Below are positions 40,701-54,070 of a DNA stretch of 64,000 nucleotides, in pieces. A model generated the notes under the pieces. That model was not told where the DNA came from. It ran no database searches and was given only the letters and a program-made list of their open reading frames with translations. This DNA comes from Ascidiella aspersa. Taxonomy: Eukaryota. Positions within the stretch are counted from its first letter, which is position 1. The number at the start of each line of letters is the position of its first letter. The stretch spans positions 24,490,001 to 24,554,000 of the forward strand of contig OZ004613.1 in assembly GCA_963924565.1 (NCBI GenBank). The letters run 5' to 3'. Position numbers and translations under genes: made by a program.

Positions 40701-43700
40701 CGAGAGGTAATCGTTTGTTTTGTAATTACAATATGCCGCAAATAAGTTAAAACAACAAACAAGTGTGCAGCAAAGAAGCTATTTTGTAACACCCATGGAG
40801 AAACATTAACATTTTGTCAATCAAAAATTGATTATTTATTACTTGAACCAAGAAGTTTACTTTGACACTTCTAAATTAAATATTTTTTTTGTAATAGCCT
40901 CAGATTCTTAGGCATTGGATCGACAATTTCTGAAGTACATTACAAGGTATACAAAGCTTCTCGTTTTTGCTGTTCAATGAACATTATCACGAACGTTATT
41001 TTTCTGTAACCCGGGTTACTAATTTATCGCAAGCTTTTTTTAAACCGATATCTAAAATAGTTTTATATTTTACACATATTTTCGCACTCTCACCCAGCAC
41101 TATACATCTTTCATTTTCATTGCTGATATCGTCTCCGTTGATTAACCACGTGATCTCTGGTGGCGGCACTCCAGTCACGTGACAGGCTAAACTGACACTG
41201 TTACCAGCAACAAGGTGCTGGGTATGAGGATAAATCTACGACGAAGGCAATGTGTTAAGACAGTGTTTCTTAATCAGGTGAATGGTTCACCCCAGGCTGA
41301 ATGAAACTTGAAGCAAACAAATATTATATAAGTATTACAAAAAATGGAAGCCTATTATTCATCAGTATGCATGCATTTTATTACTAACAACTATGTCTAA
41401 TATTCAAGAACTACGAAGAAAACGTTTTGCTTCTTTCCCAATAGAATATGTACTTAATGCAAAAAGGGTTCTGTGATCGAATGAATTGCCAAATAATATA
41501 TTTTACTTAATCTAATATACAGCTGAATACGTTTTACGTATAATAGCGGGTGATTGATGTCCACAGGTTAATGTAAATTTAGTATTTTCATCGCTAATTT
41601 AATTCTCCGTCTGCATTTTATTGCAAAAGGAACGCGCTAATAGCAATCGATTTTTTCCTCTGTTCATTCGACGAAAAACACCCCACATGTACCTCGACTC
41701 TGGGAGCTGTTAGCACGGAGAGGACGATGGTCTGCGAAACATCCGGCCTGCTAGTCGCCTCGCAGCTGTAGTTGCCTGAATGAGCTGGCGATGCCCCGTC
41801 GATGTACACCAGGTTGCCGTCGACCTGCCGAGTAACACGCACACAACAATTACGTAAATTCGGTCTTTTCAATGTTTTTTTGAAGACAGCGCTGTAGGTT
41901 TTCCCTAAGTTATATAAAAAGTAAGACTGACAATGGTAAAAAAGCCTTATCAAGAAGAGCGCGCAGGGTGCCTTCAGAATTAGATAGACATTAGGAACTG
42001 TTTGGTATTTAGTATAGTATTACTAACATTATAACAATTGTATTACGTTAAAATAAATTACGTACATCTCAGGCATAAAAGTTAACTTTATTAGAAGTCA
42101 AGTCATTGACTTTACAAAACTTAAATTTAGGCAAACTAGGTAGAATAATGCGTTATAACTAACAGTGACAACCAAAACTTAACGAACCAAAACGGTAATT
42201 CAGCGTGAATATTCAATACAAATCCAGTTATTTGACATTATAAAAAGTTGCAGATGTTTTGGATTAACTGGTTGACAAAATTTTAATTTTGAGGATCGAA
42301 TCGTCATGGCGCAAATTTTACCGTAAAATGAAAATCGCATATATCCCGTTCGTACCTGAATCTGCTCGGATCCGTAAATGGCGAGGTCGTAGTTGTGCCG
42401 CTTCCAAGTGGGCTCGGGTTCACCTTGAATGCCGCACTGCAAGGTCACCCGGTCGCCAACGCGGGCCGAGGTCTCCACTACACGCTGATCATCGTCCAGG
42501 TGCAAGATTGTAACATCTGCAAATAATAATGTTAACATAGGTAAGTACGGCCATCATTCAATATTTAAATGCACCAATATTTAATATTTAAAATCATCCA
42601 AGGGGATACGGAAAAGATACACTGAAGTAGAGTTAAAGTTTTTTTTATCGTCACACTGTGCTTGGTCTTTCGTATTTTTAGAGAATATATTTCCGATGCA
42701 GTAGGCGGACACTCCTTTTTGAAATCAACTTTGAGAGTTTATTTTCGTGCTAACGTTTACTTTGTGTTATGTGGACCAAAAAAATGTATAGTAGTGTGCC
42801 TAATATATGTGGCGTAAAAAAACAAATTTGACCAAAACTAGATTGTTTGTTCAGGTGAATGGTTCTCAAACTTTTTCAGCCAACTTACGAAAAGTTTCGG
42901 CCCCAATTAATAATAATCTCTGCTGTGTCGCGGCACATAGAAATAAATAGTGATTTAGATTGCACCTGTGCAGTCTATAGGTATCAAGCATAACTCCACT
43001 ACTTAACCCAGCATAACGTCACTGACGTGTGACCAACACCCAAGTTTCAGTGCTTCGCAGGGATTCTACTTTATGCGATTCGATTGGATACAGCTTGAAA
43101 TAATGGTTTGAATCTCTGTGTTACGTTATCTTGTATACTGAGATTTGTGAATATATACTCAACGAGCAATATCAACGAAGTGAAGTGACTCTATCTAGAG
43201 TTCAAGAAGTTAAGGACAGGTATTTTTAGCGGCCTGCTTCTTTCAGTCGTGTGTATACAAGAAACGCGTAAAAGACTATTATCAGGATCGAAAACCCAAA
43301 GTAACCGTAAACCCAAGACTGTTAGGGTAAAATGATCAACTATCAACTCCGAAAAAGCACCAGACTTGTCTGCCTCAAGCACAATGCGCCCATTGAGGGG
43401 TTCCGGCCCAGTGTTTATGCAAGTTGGACAACAGACTTTTTATTTATTCTTGGGGCATTCGCATCACACCCACTTCGCCGCTCGCAGACGATTCAACTCA
43501 ATTAGGTCATGAAATATTCATGACGCCAACGCGCCAACGCCGTGACGTCATGCATTGAAAACGCCCTGTGGCGACACCGCGCGGTTTGACGTAATTGGGA
43601 CATGGCGGGTTTATGGTTCTGATTAAAAATTAGAAAAATGTGCAAATAGCCTTGAAGGAAAAGTGTCTCCGTGTCAATTTTCTTGCCTGCGGTAAACTAA

Positions 43701-46700
43701 CGTGGAAGATTACACTGTAAGAGAAAAGTGATTTGTAATTAGCTGGTTTGTTTACACTATATGGCAGTGATTTATAAGGTTGATTTTTTGCAAGTAAACT
43801 TAGGCCAAGTCAAGTATTTTTTTAACCAAGACATTAACTTAACAAATGGTGAAAACACCTAGTAAATCAACTAAGGAAAATCAACAACCAGTTGAGGCTC
43901 ATTACATAGCAAACCACAGAACTAACTCTATTATAAGCAAACCTAATTTTACGTATACAAAACAATGTAATTATTCTATCCGTATCAAATTTATCCTTAA
44001 TAAAAAAGGTCAATGGCAAGTGAATCGTTTGATGTATTCAGAAAAATCATTGCCACTAACGATGGGGTTGACTTTAAATCCAGCCTGAAACTAAAAAAAT
44101 AAACCATAACCAAACTTTATGGTAGCCAATGTTGCACTGAATGTGTGATATTTAAAATAACCAAATGTCGACTCCTGATAGGTCGCAATCACAACAGAAT
44201 CGTCTTGTAATGCTACTATTAATGTCAGACACTTTATGTTATAAATGATCACATTTGGCCGACAAAGAAATCGTCAGTATATCTTATTCAAATAGATTCT
44301 ACAAAATGCTATGGTTGCCAATTTCATTTATGTTGCTTTTTCGTGCTTGTGCGTCACCCATTGATTTCCCAATGCGTACAAAGTCCCTGATCGAAGCGAT
44401 TTGGCATGACGAGCGCGTACTTAATCACAATTGCAATATCGCAAGAATCCCACAGTGCCGCTTATTGACACTTTAATTCGCCACGAGCAATTGGGTCGCC
44501 AGGCGGAAGGCAATCGTGCGTGAGATATCATTGCGATGTGATTGGTCCGTTGGGCTGACAGCCATTTCAAATATCGACCCCATCGATTGGCATGTCCCTG
44601 ACTTTTGCTGTTATGAATAATTGAGTTTTTTTCTTTTATAGAGTGACGCGACTTTTGTTTATAATCGTCGGAGATTTGATTGAAACTCGGAAATATTGGT
44701 AGATTTCCATTGGCAACAGTTAAGCTACAACTGGCCGTAAATAGAATTAATTCAATAACTTAACATCACAAAAATTGTCTATTTTCGACGTGCTTGTGTG
44801 TGTTGTACTTCGTTCAAGGTTTCAGTAGGAACAAACAAAACGTGTTGGATTCTAGCAAAGTGCGTAAAATGCCGTTATTTATAGCATGTTAATTTTAAAA
44901 CAGCCTTATTAAAATTCTGATGCCTAACAAGATACCGGTTTATTGTTTTAGACATCCTTGAATGTTTTTACCAAGGAAACTCTTGATTGCATTTTCTTTC
45001 AATTTCAATTAAAAATAAATATGATTAACTTGACTGATAAGGTTTTTATGTCAAGCATTGTCCAACATACGACCAAACTTTCACCATAGTGTTGGACACC
45101 ATAGGAAATATTTTGTCTAATTTCGGTGTTACGTTTATTCTGTAGGACTTATAAATTACGCGCCACGTATCACGTAAAATTCTCATTCCCAAAGCTCAGA
45201 TTCCGACTCCCAAATAAAGGTCATTGCGATAAGCATTTAACCCAAACAAGGGCGCTATCTTTCGAGCGAAAATTCCCCCGAGACCCCTTTGTGACACAAC
45301 GGACCAATGAACCGACTCGTTTCTGCCTTGCGCGAACGCTTTAAGCCTTACCAAAGAAAGTCCGATATTTTTCGTGTTCAGTTCGGACACTGATACCATA
45401 TATATATAAACATACTGCCGACCTACCTAAACCACTTAACGTCAATAGCATATTAAACTGAAAAAAAAAGGTTAAATGAAAAAAAAATGGTGAAGTATTC
45501 CAGGTTTTCATGGTGCATAACTTTTCGTTACGAAGCCATAAAAAAATTTTTAGTTACGAATATTTAACTCAATGTATAGAAATACATCCATCAAGGTACA
45601 ACACCGTAAGTTTGGTCCTAAAACAAGGCTTAACTGATCAAGTTCATTTGGTACCGATACTATCCGAGTATCGAACGAGTACCGATACTCCGGTTTAGGT
45701 CCGAAATTATCGGATACCCGTAGCCCCAACTCGTACGGTAAAACCTAAATAGTACTATATCTAAGTTCGTAATCAATCTACCAATTAGTAAAATCGTTAA
45801 AAGTTTTTAACCACTTTAATTGCGTGTATAATTTCGAGCGCCTGTCGACGAAAAAATTAAACCTACTGAATATTTTGAGAAGCTCCCTGATATCGACTTG
45901 CTTGTCGTCGTTTCCATCGGCGTAATGCAAAAGGTGGAAAAGGGAACATGAACCCTCGATTCGTGAATCCACATCGTCCATAAGGTTGACCTAAAATCGA
46001 ATAAGTTAAACTTTGCGTAATCTTGAGCCGAAAAACCGGATAGTCTTTTACTAAAGTGAAACATTTCGAAAAAGATAACTTTCTCAAGTTGGCTGATACA
46101 TAAAATAGTAAGGTTTAGCACCCAGCATTTTCTTGTAAAAATATGATAACTTTAACTTGCATGATGTATTTCGCTATTTTGTTTAGATATTTTTTCATGT
46201 TTATGTTAATTAGGCCAATTGAAACGCAAAAACAAACCTAATAAACGCTCTTTGCCAGTTGTAAAATATTGCAAAATAAACTTAAAACGTTTTTACGGTG
46301 GAATTAATATAATAAGAAATGCTAAAAAAAAAATCACGTACCTCGTGTACTTCCTCGCTTCCAATTAAGCCGTCCAAGTCGAGATCGAAATAGCGGTGAA
46401 GGCTCTTCAAGTCGTCACCTCTCACGTCACTGGTGATGACGTCATCGTTTACGTAGGTGTCCCCGATCTGCTCTTGGTCCGAAATAGTCACCTCGGTAGT
46501 TTCAAGAACCATCTCACTGTGAACTTTGACCTCACTGTCGACTTCTTTTCTTTCCAAGTCGGTCTTTACAGTTGTCGGGCTCAAGAGTTCAAAAGACAAG
46601 TCCTCCATCGGATCCGCAACGTTTATGAGCTCTGTAGATTCATCCTCCGTCCTCAAGGAGTCCTCCTCTTCGATCATCAACGCCTTGATAGGAGGACGGA

Positions 46701-49700
46701 TGACTACGTCGACTTGGTGGGCGGAGTGAGACGGCTCCGGGTTGGTGATCTCCGCCGCATCCGGCTTCAGCTCCTTAAGAGCATGATCTCTCCTCTTCTT
46801 GTGATGGTGAGCTCTTCCCTGGGATCCGTGGGTGTTCCTCCTGCGACGACTGCTGCTGGATGTGGAGCTCCCTTGTTCCTGGCTTTCTTCCCGGATGTTG
46901 TCACCGCGTCCGACGTGCAGGTCGAGAAGCGCCTCCTGGAATGCGAGGAAGTCCGCGGTGCCGCATTCCGACCCTGAAAAGTCGCGAGATGTCGTTTAAT
47001 CATTTAATTTGTGAATACCGTCTTGTATTTTTTATTAAGTTAACAAAGAAAAATGGAATTTAGATTCCAGATCCATCAACTTTAGATTAGAGATCCATTC
47101 ACTGCTGTATTCATGCCCAAAACAATCAGTTTGTTATTGGGAAATTAAATTCACTCAAAGTATTACGTGTTACTAATCACCTTATGTCGATATACCAATG
47201 TTCCGGATTCTGACAACTTTAATAAACATTCGCGATTAATTGTCCGAACATTTGCATTTTGACAAATGATCGATACAACGTGTTTAGTTGCACATAACAC
47301 AAAGGAAGTGCAACGCAAACCATAGTAACACCATTTAACTCAACACGTTCGTAAATTAAACTCGTACCAGTTTAATGTTACTTCCTTTGAGTATTAGATA
47401 GATATGTACAATAAAAGTGGTTTGTTTGTAGTTTCGACATGGCAGGTCATATTGTTTGTTAACAGGGCAGCGGAGTCGGAGTTGGACTCGGGACTCGAGT
47501 AAGACCACGTAAAACTATCCGAGTTCAGAGTCCGACGTGCGCATGCGCAGTACCCAATTTTAAAACTGACATTGCCGCTAAATGGAAATTGTAAAAGTGG
47601 AATAGCAAATGGTGGATCTTTTCATATCACGTATTGTAAGTGGAATAATTGTATGACACTCTTATGAGGGTGTTGTTTCTGAAATCCATTTTATTTTAGT
47701 TACGTAAATTGGTGAAATACATGTAGAGTCGGTGCCGGACTCGGGACTCGGATTTCGTACTTTTAATTATTTTGTGTTTTTTTTTTGTTTATCTTTTTTA
47801 TTTTGTTAATTATTTTGGCCGGAGTCGGACTCGGGAGTTTGACTCGGGTGTTTTTTAACCGACTCCGCAGCCCTGTTTGTGATAATATGCTTTACAACAC
47901 TACGTATTTTGGAGAACATTTTCATATAGAAAACTGTTGGTAAAGAAGGATATTTAATTATTTAGGCTAATCGTCCGATACTCACGTTTGTAGAAACAGT
48001 CTTTGTTGCGGGCGTCGTAGATGTCACGTGAGGTCTCACAGGCTGTTTTGTGCATCTCACAACGGTTCGCGTAAAACTGGCCATCAATTCCGCAAAGGGG
48101 CTAAAAGAGACAAACGTACAAAGCTTATAAATCACTAAATACTTTCTTTGTTACATAAATCTTAAACTAAATAGCAAAGTAAAAGCTATAGTTTTTGCCC
48201 ATTTTTAGGATTTGGAAAATTTGACTACATTTAAGTCAATTAATACGAATAGAAAAAGTGTGATGATGTAGTAGGCCTACTGATTTTTATCCTGTTAATC
48301 CATTTTGCTTTGTTTATTTTAGTCTATAGCAGTCATCCAATGTAATATATTTAAACCACGAATTTAAATCGCGGTGAAATATGGTAATTGTTTTTGATTG
48401 ACGATATTCGATAAACTGTGGGCCTCGGCCCAAATGTGAGCTTTTGAGCAATTTGTAGTGGGCCGCGGGCTAATCTTTATTATTCCAGTTTTGTCATGTA
48501 GTTGTGGGCCGCGTGAGAGCAGTGACTTATAAACGCTACAAAGGGAAATTTTTATTAAATGAGGCTATAGCCTACACTTTTCGCACTCCACGCAAGTTTT
48601 TTTTCAGATCAAGTGTTTTTTTGCGTAGCTTTTGGTGTCATTCGTTTCACGTAGTGGGCCTCTGATAGCTCTTGAAGACCGCGCAAAAAGTTTGCCGATC
48701 ACTGTCTTAACATATCACAATGCAACAAGCCTAGCCCATTGCTGGTTTTAATATTCGAAGCTAAGTGCTATTTAGACTAGTTCACCTTGCTCTCTGTCTT
48801 GCAGTGTTGTCGACAAACGCATTTTGCCAATCCCTTCTGCACCACACACTTCTGACCAGGGTAGCACCTCTTGAAGCGACACAAGTTGTGGATACCTCTC
48901 ACGCGTGACCTGGCACTGACGTAGTTGCTGTGATGAACTATCGCCTTACGGTGGTTGTCCAGACTGGGCGTCTCAACCTGTAAATATACAATACGAATTA
49001 CTTTATAGGGAAGTCTATAAAACGTGAATTTTTTAAAGAAAGCTGAGTAATACAACGTTGTAAAAAATTGTTAAGGGATCCATGGAAACGTGGTTTGTTT
49101 ATAAACGTCGACAGCCCTAGAATTTCTACTGTTTATCGCGCAACAATGTCTAATCATTTAGACTTGCGTTAATGTCGGCATTTACAGCCAAAAATGAACA
49201 GCTCGTAAAATATTTTATCGATCGGTGTAGTAAAGACTCGGGCTGCACGATATTCGGATGTACTTAGGAAAATGGCCGATGACACAAAACACGAAATATC
49301 TTCCAATAAGAGAAAATCGAAAATATCGCATTGGATCCAATACCAAAAATATGGTACGATTCCGAAACTGGAGTGGTATATCTCTGCTGATCTGATACAA
49401 AATTAATGTAAACATTTCTGATATTACCGACTTGATGTATTGTTTTCTTTTTAGGTAGCCTATAGGTCTAAAAATAATAAGTTCACAACTATGAACAAGG
49501 TAATTTTCTGGCGCAAATGCAAATTCGATCTTAACAAATGAATAACAGTTCATTGAAGGTCACAATTTTTCATGTTATGTTAATTGAACTCCGTAAAATA
49601 CCCGGTTTAGAAATAATAGTAATTTTCCCAACAATATCCTGTGTGGTGGTCAGAATAAAACAAAGCGTTAGGCATCCCTAATTTTATGGAATTCAATTAA

Positions 49701-52700
49701 TAACATGAGGGAGTCTGGCCATGTCAACGCATTAATCAACCATCTGTTATAACTGTGACACACAAGCGTTGCAATTTATATTTACGATACACAAGTCCCT
49801 GAAGGAGCGATACTAATTTACTGACCTACAGGGACCTTAATATACAGTACTCACGCTAATTGACACATTAGAATATTTCGTGTCGATCTTGTCTTAAACA
49901 GGATAAAAACAGAGCTACTTTCTTTTCGCGCCAAGTTGCTTTACAAGATGTCACAGTCAATGTAAAAAGAAAACAAATAATCAATAACCCAAGACAGCAA
50001 TCCCAGGAGTGATTCCTTACCGGGCGACAATTCTAATTCTCCTGAGTTCCAAGAGACATTTGGGATTCTTTAAGAAACTAATTTTTCCTATTGGTAGGCT
50101 TCTTAATACAATCGTTAGTGTACGGTAAAGAGTAATAAATCTGGAAATAGTATTTGCATTGTGCACAGTTGATGTATGTTGCTTTCGTATCGTTTATACA
50201 CAGAAAACGATACGACAGAAATGTTAGTGAGGAAACCTCAAATCTTTATAACCAAAAAATGTTTGTAATCATTGGCTCACAGGATTAACATTCCAACACT
50301 TACAGTAGTTATACAATAGTTGCTGGCAAAAATATCGCAAAAAATCGACCTGGTTCGTATTGCTTTGCAAAGATAGTCCCAGTGGGACGGTACACTTGGA
50401 GCTTTGTGACTGCCCTCGCCTGTTTTTTGATTTACACGCGCGCCAGGTGCGCCGTAAATTTGACTCAGCCTCATCAAATATTCAAGCAGCAACGCTCCAT
50501 TATGTATGAGTCCCATACGACGCACAGCGCAGCATGACACTTGCGGGACAAAACTGCAGGGGGTACATCGTAAACTCGTCCCCAAGAGTCGTTACCCCAA
50601 TTCCTAAAAACGTCCTTATAAATCGGCCCTAATGGAGAAGGGCAGTCTCGGACAAGCAATTTTGTCTAGACTGTTCTTCTTTTATTTAACGTACTGCGTG
50701 TTAACCTAACGGCTGGTCATAGAGATGTGCAAAATCAACGTTATACCCAATATCTTTGCCTCTCGAACAGTAAATGTTACTTATAATTATGTAATTTACT
50801 ACTTAAAAGGCTTATAATATTGTATGCGCAAATGACATGATGTTATTTAACGAATAAGTGAATTTTATATATTTTATATATTTTGACTTATTCAAAACTA
50901 GGTATTTAAGCAAGTTGGTGACTTATTCATCCCGATTTTAAACAGGATAATGCTCGCGAGTCGCTGTTGGCCCATCTTTCTTTTGGCGAACAACCCTTTC
51001 ATCACTATCGGCGTTCGTAAAAGACCCCAAGAAACGAATTGAGCCGACGCAAATGTTGTCTGCTGCTGTTGTGTTTATATTGCCTTTCTAGCCATTGCGA
51101 TTTAAAACCATTTTGGCTGAAACATCAATCAACATTGACACAGAAATTCCACCGGGGTAGGCTTGGAAATCACCACACTGCAGCATTCTTGCAGTTTAAA
51201 AATTTATTCCCCAGCGCGGTCCTGCTGATCTTGTTCTTGTTAAGAGGCATGACAAAACAAATTACAAGCTGAATGTTGTACTAAAATCGATTTAACGCCT
51301 GGTACAAACGATAAGCAAATATAAATCTCTTTGTCTGTTAGAACAAATCAGAAACCGGCTTATGCAGAACAGTGGCCGCCGTCGGGCTTCATTAGTAGGA
51401 AAAACAGTAATGACATTTTTAAGAAGCCTTCAAAATCGTTAAGCTTGCTTCAATGCCACGGTTAATGTATTGCTAGCGCATCGACCGGAGCATACTTTAA
51501 AAATCTAGTTTACTGTGAGGTAGGCATTTATCGCAATAAAGACACACTTTCGATTTTTCGTGGAAAAAAGAATTCTGTTATTGTTGAACTCTTAACTAAA
51601 AACCTATTAATTTACACTGCAAGGCTCCATGTTTTACAAAACGCAAATAATTATCAAATCATGGCTGGTACATGGTATACGGAAAGCTTTTGGGCAAATG
51701 TTGTATTAAGCTATTCGTTTCGTAAATGTGAACACTTTGCCAACCGAGTGACTTTGGTGAACACTTTGCCAAACCGGGTGATTCAAAAAACTATGAATGT
51801 TTACTAGGAATGTCCGATAATATCAGATCGAAACCGACACCCGATGCAAACTGTTAGTATCGGATGTGTTACGATACTAGGGTGGTATCGATTTCGATCC
51901 TATGCCAAATTTGTATAAGAATTTCATCCATGATTTACGGTCAAACCAAGCGATTTCTTTTTTAAGATGTAAATGCATTAAATATAGTGAGTTAACACAT
52001 TGACCTAATTAAACTTCTTGACGTTAAAGCAAATTTATGCCGAAAAACGTTAACCTGCCTTTAAACTTTTCCATCTCTTCTATAGGACATTTTTCGGCAT
52101 AGTTATGACGTGTTTGCAATCGTCAAAAATCGGGTATCGGTGTGGGAATAAAATGTCAGACATCGGACATCCCTACTGTGTACCATTCAACCTCCGCTTT
52201 TGAGTTTTACTTCATATAGCGACGAAAGGTAGTTTTTAAGGGAAATAAACTCTGATTTTACGCAAACACGACGTGACACGAACAAAGTATCTTGCACCGG
52301 GCACGATTGTTTTCCGAACCCTCGATGTCCGTTAATTTGCGTTCGTAAGTCAGGAACGCCCGGCGGCTGAATTATTGATGCCCGCCTGGCCGCCTAATTA
52401 CCGAAAACACGCGCGGGTTCTCGACCCTTGCTACCGTCTGCAGCCATTGGACCAATGTTTTTTCATCCCATCAAGCCCTAATGCTATTGTTGACGTGACT
52501 TTGTTTTATTTCGCTTTTCAATGGCGGGTCTTTTGTTTTTTAAATTTTCGTTTTATTTATTTCGATGACGGTTTTTTTTGTTTGGTTTCATTTATTTTTT
52601 GTTTTTTTTTCTTTCAATTTTTGACGTGTTATATTCGCGGACTAAAACCGACCTGAATGGTAAGACGCAATTAGTGGATGGGGAGTTAATTGTGATGATT

Positions 52701-53793
52701 GCCCCCCCTTATTGATTTATCTTTAAAGTGACCTTTATTAAACTGTAGATCTGTTTGCGGAGCTCAAAATGCCATCTTGTCCCGAATATATATATTTGCA
52801 TTTTAATCTTTCGCATAGCAACAATCCAAATATGTCGATTAACGTACTAATATATTTTTAACCTTATTCTTATAGCTACTACCTTAATCGACCCTCATTC
52901 GTGTACCAAACTCAATAATACAGTGCTGACTATAAATAGGCGGTTTATAACCAGGATCAGATCCAGTGGGGGACGCTCGTTTAAAAAAAACGTTTTTTTT
53001 ACCTCACCTGAACTACACAAATAGATTGTTTTTCGCACTTTGCGCAAATTTAGAGTATATTTTGCGCATTTCAACAAAATCTTTCAGCCTAATGTGTAAT
53101 ACTTTTACGTTTGATTTGTGTCCACGGTCTTGCTCTGTGTGGACTCAACCTCTCTATAAAATTAAACTTATGCCAAATTGTTTGATTATTGTATCTATTG
53201 TTTCGCTATAGTGACACCTATTCTACTGTGAAAACAAGATAAAGGCAATGTACACTTTTTGCCCTAAAAATCGTTGAAGAACAACTCGCTTCTAAAATTA
53301 TTTGAATTATGATGTCACCCTATGACGTAACTTGCGACGTAATACCTGAAAACATTTTTATGCTCCTCTCAAAACAAAAAGCCAGAATCCGCTGTTTTTT
53401 AGAAGGAATAAGGTTGGATTAATACTCAAAAAGTTCCTTAGACGATAAAGGAAGTTTTTTATACAAACGACATTAAAATATATACTCTACTTCAAAACAT
53501 GTTTTCTGGTCACATTGAGCTGCATTATTATAGTAGTTTATTACTGTTTTTACATTGTTTGCATGAAACCAATGTGTAGAGATCAAAAAATTAGCACTAA
53601 ATTCGACTTATTTTATTGGTTAGAGATATAGTTCACATACGTTATCCTTCAAAATATCGTTGGCTTCTTGGCGACTCTGTTTCTTCAAACTTCTTTCTGC
53701 TTTTGCACGAGGAGAGTAGGATGCGACGAGTGCAATTGCCAGGAACAACGCAACAGCAAAAAGACAGAACCTCGGCGATTTACTAACCGACAT
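31705..53793 (-). CDS. FSTL4/5: Follistatin-related protein 4/5-like (SPIG-1 family): signal peptide, FOLN/Kazal, two EF-hands, two Ig domains, C-terminal beta-propeller; ~1010 aa
   Basis: 17 frame-consistent GT-AG exons: 53793-53641, 48977-48786, 48100-47986, 46973-46342, 45990-45867, 42516-42356, 41824-41693, 41235-41094, 40519-40376, 39156-39017, 38226-38020, 37055-36840, 34974-34773, 34129-34008, 33660-33564, 32795-32675, 31837-31705; total 3033 nt. Motifs: PLCGIDGQFYANRCEMHKTAC (Kazal), DLDLDGLIGSEE and DGNDDKQVDIRE (EF loops), VTLQC...W...GNYSC and LACHVTGVPPPEITW...AAYSC (Ig), CSWSSAVSVGARFVYVTQP and C-terminal PTTIVW typical of FSTL4/5. Confidence 0.92.
34343..34500. repeat. (GTT)n-based compound microsatellite in an FSTL4/5 intron
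   Basis: Repeating TGTTGTTGTTTTGGCTGTTGTTGTTAA units. Confidence 0.92.
36376..36770. mobile_element. hAT-type MITE
   Basis: TIRs CAGGGATTCTTAAAC / GTTTAAAAAACCCTG; direct repeat CCTATGG on both flanks. Confidence 0.78.
47463..47875. mobile_element. hAT-type MITE (GAGTCGG-repeat family)
   Basis: TIRs CAGGGCAGCGGAGTCGG / CCGACTCCGCAGCCCTG; TSD TTTGTTAA vs TTTGTGAT (6/8). A short related fragment lies at ~34207-34294. Confidence 0.8.
51805..52175. mobile_element. MITE with TAGGGATGTCCGAT-type termini (CCGATA-rich family)
   Basis: Ends TAGGAATGTCCGAT / ATCGGACATCCCTA; flanks ATGTTTAC vs CTGTGTAC (6/8). Related copies at ~16615-16930, 23657-24005 and ~45650-45725. Confidence 0.72.
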
Positions 53794-53919
53794 ATTCCCA
53801 CTTCTTATAAAAACCTAAATTTCGGGTTGGGTTTAATTTTAAGCAATGTAAAAAAAATTGAAGAGAGTGCGTTTCAAAATTGACTAAATTTGAAATTTTA
53901 CGAATTACTTTTATGTGAG

Positions 53920-54070
53920 ACGTAATAAGAATATCAAAGCCCATACAGAAGTAAGCATCATTTTTCATGTTTCAAAAAACCCTTTAAAAATGTTCAAAAT
54001 GATACCTACTTCTGTATGAGCTTTAATCTCTTGTTAGGTCTTACCACAACCTCCAACCATAATGCTCCAA
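53920..54070. repeat. Dispersed palindromic repeat family
   Basis: AAAGCCCATACAGAAGTA pairs with TACTTCTGTATGAGCTTT. Related segments at ~21785-21860 and ~31075-31150 share the ACCTCCAACCAT.ATGCTCC-like tail. Confidence 0.65.
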
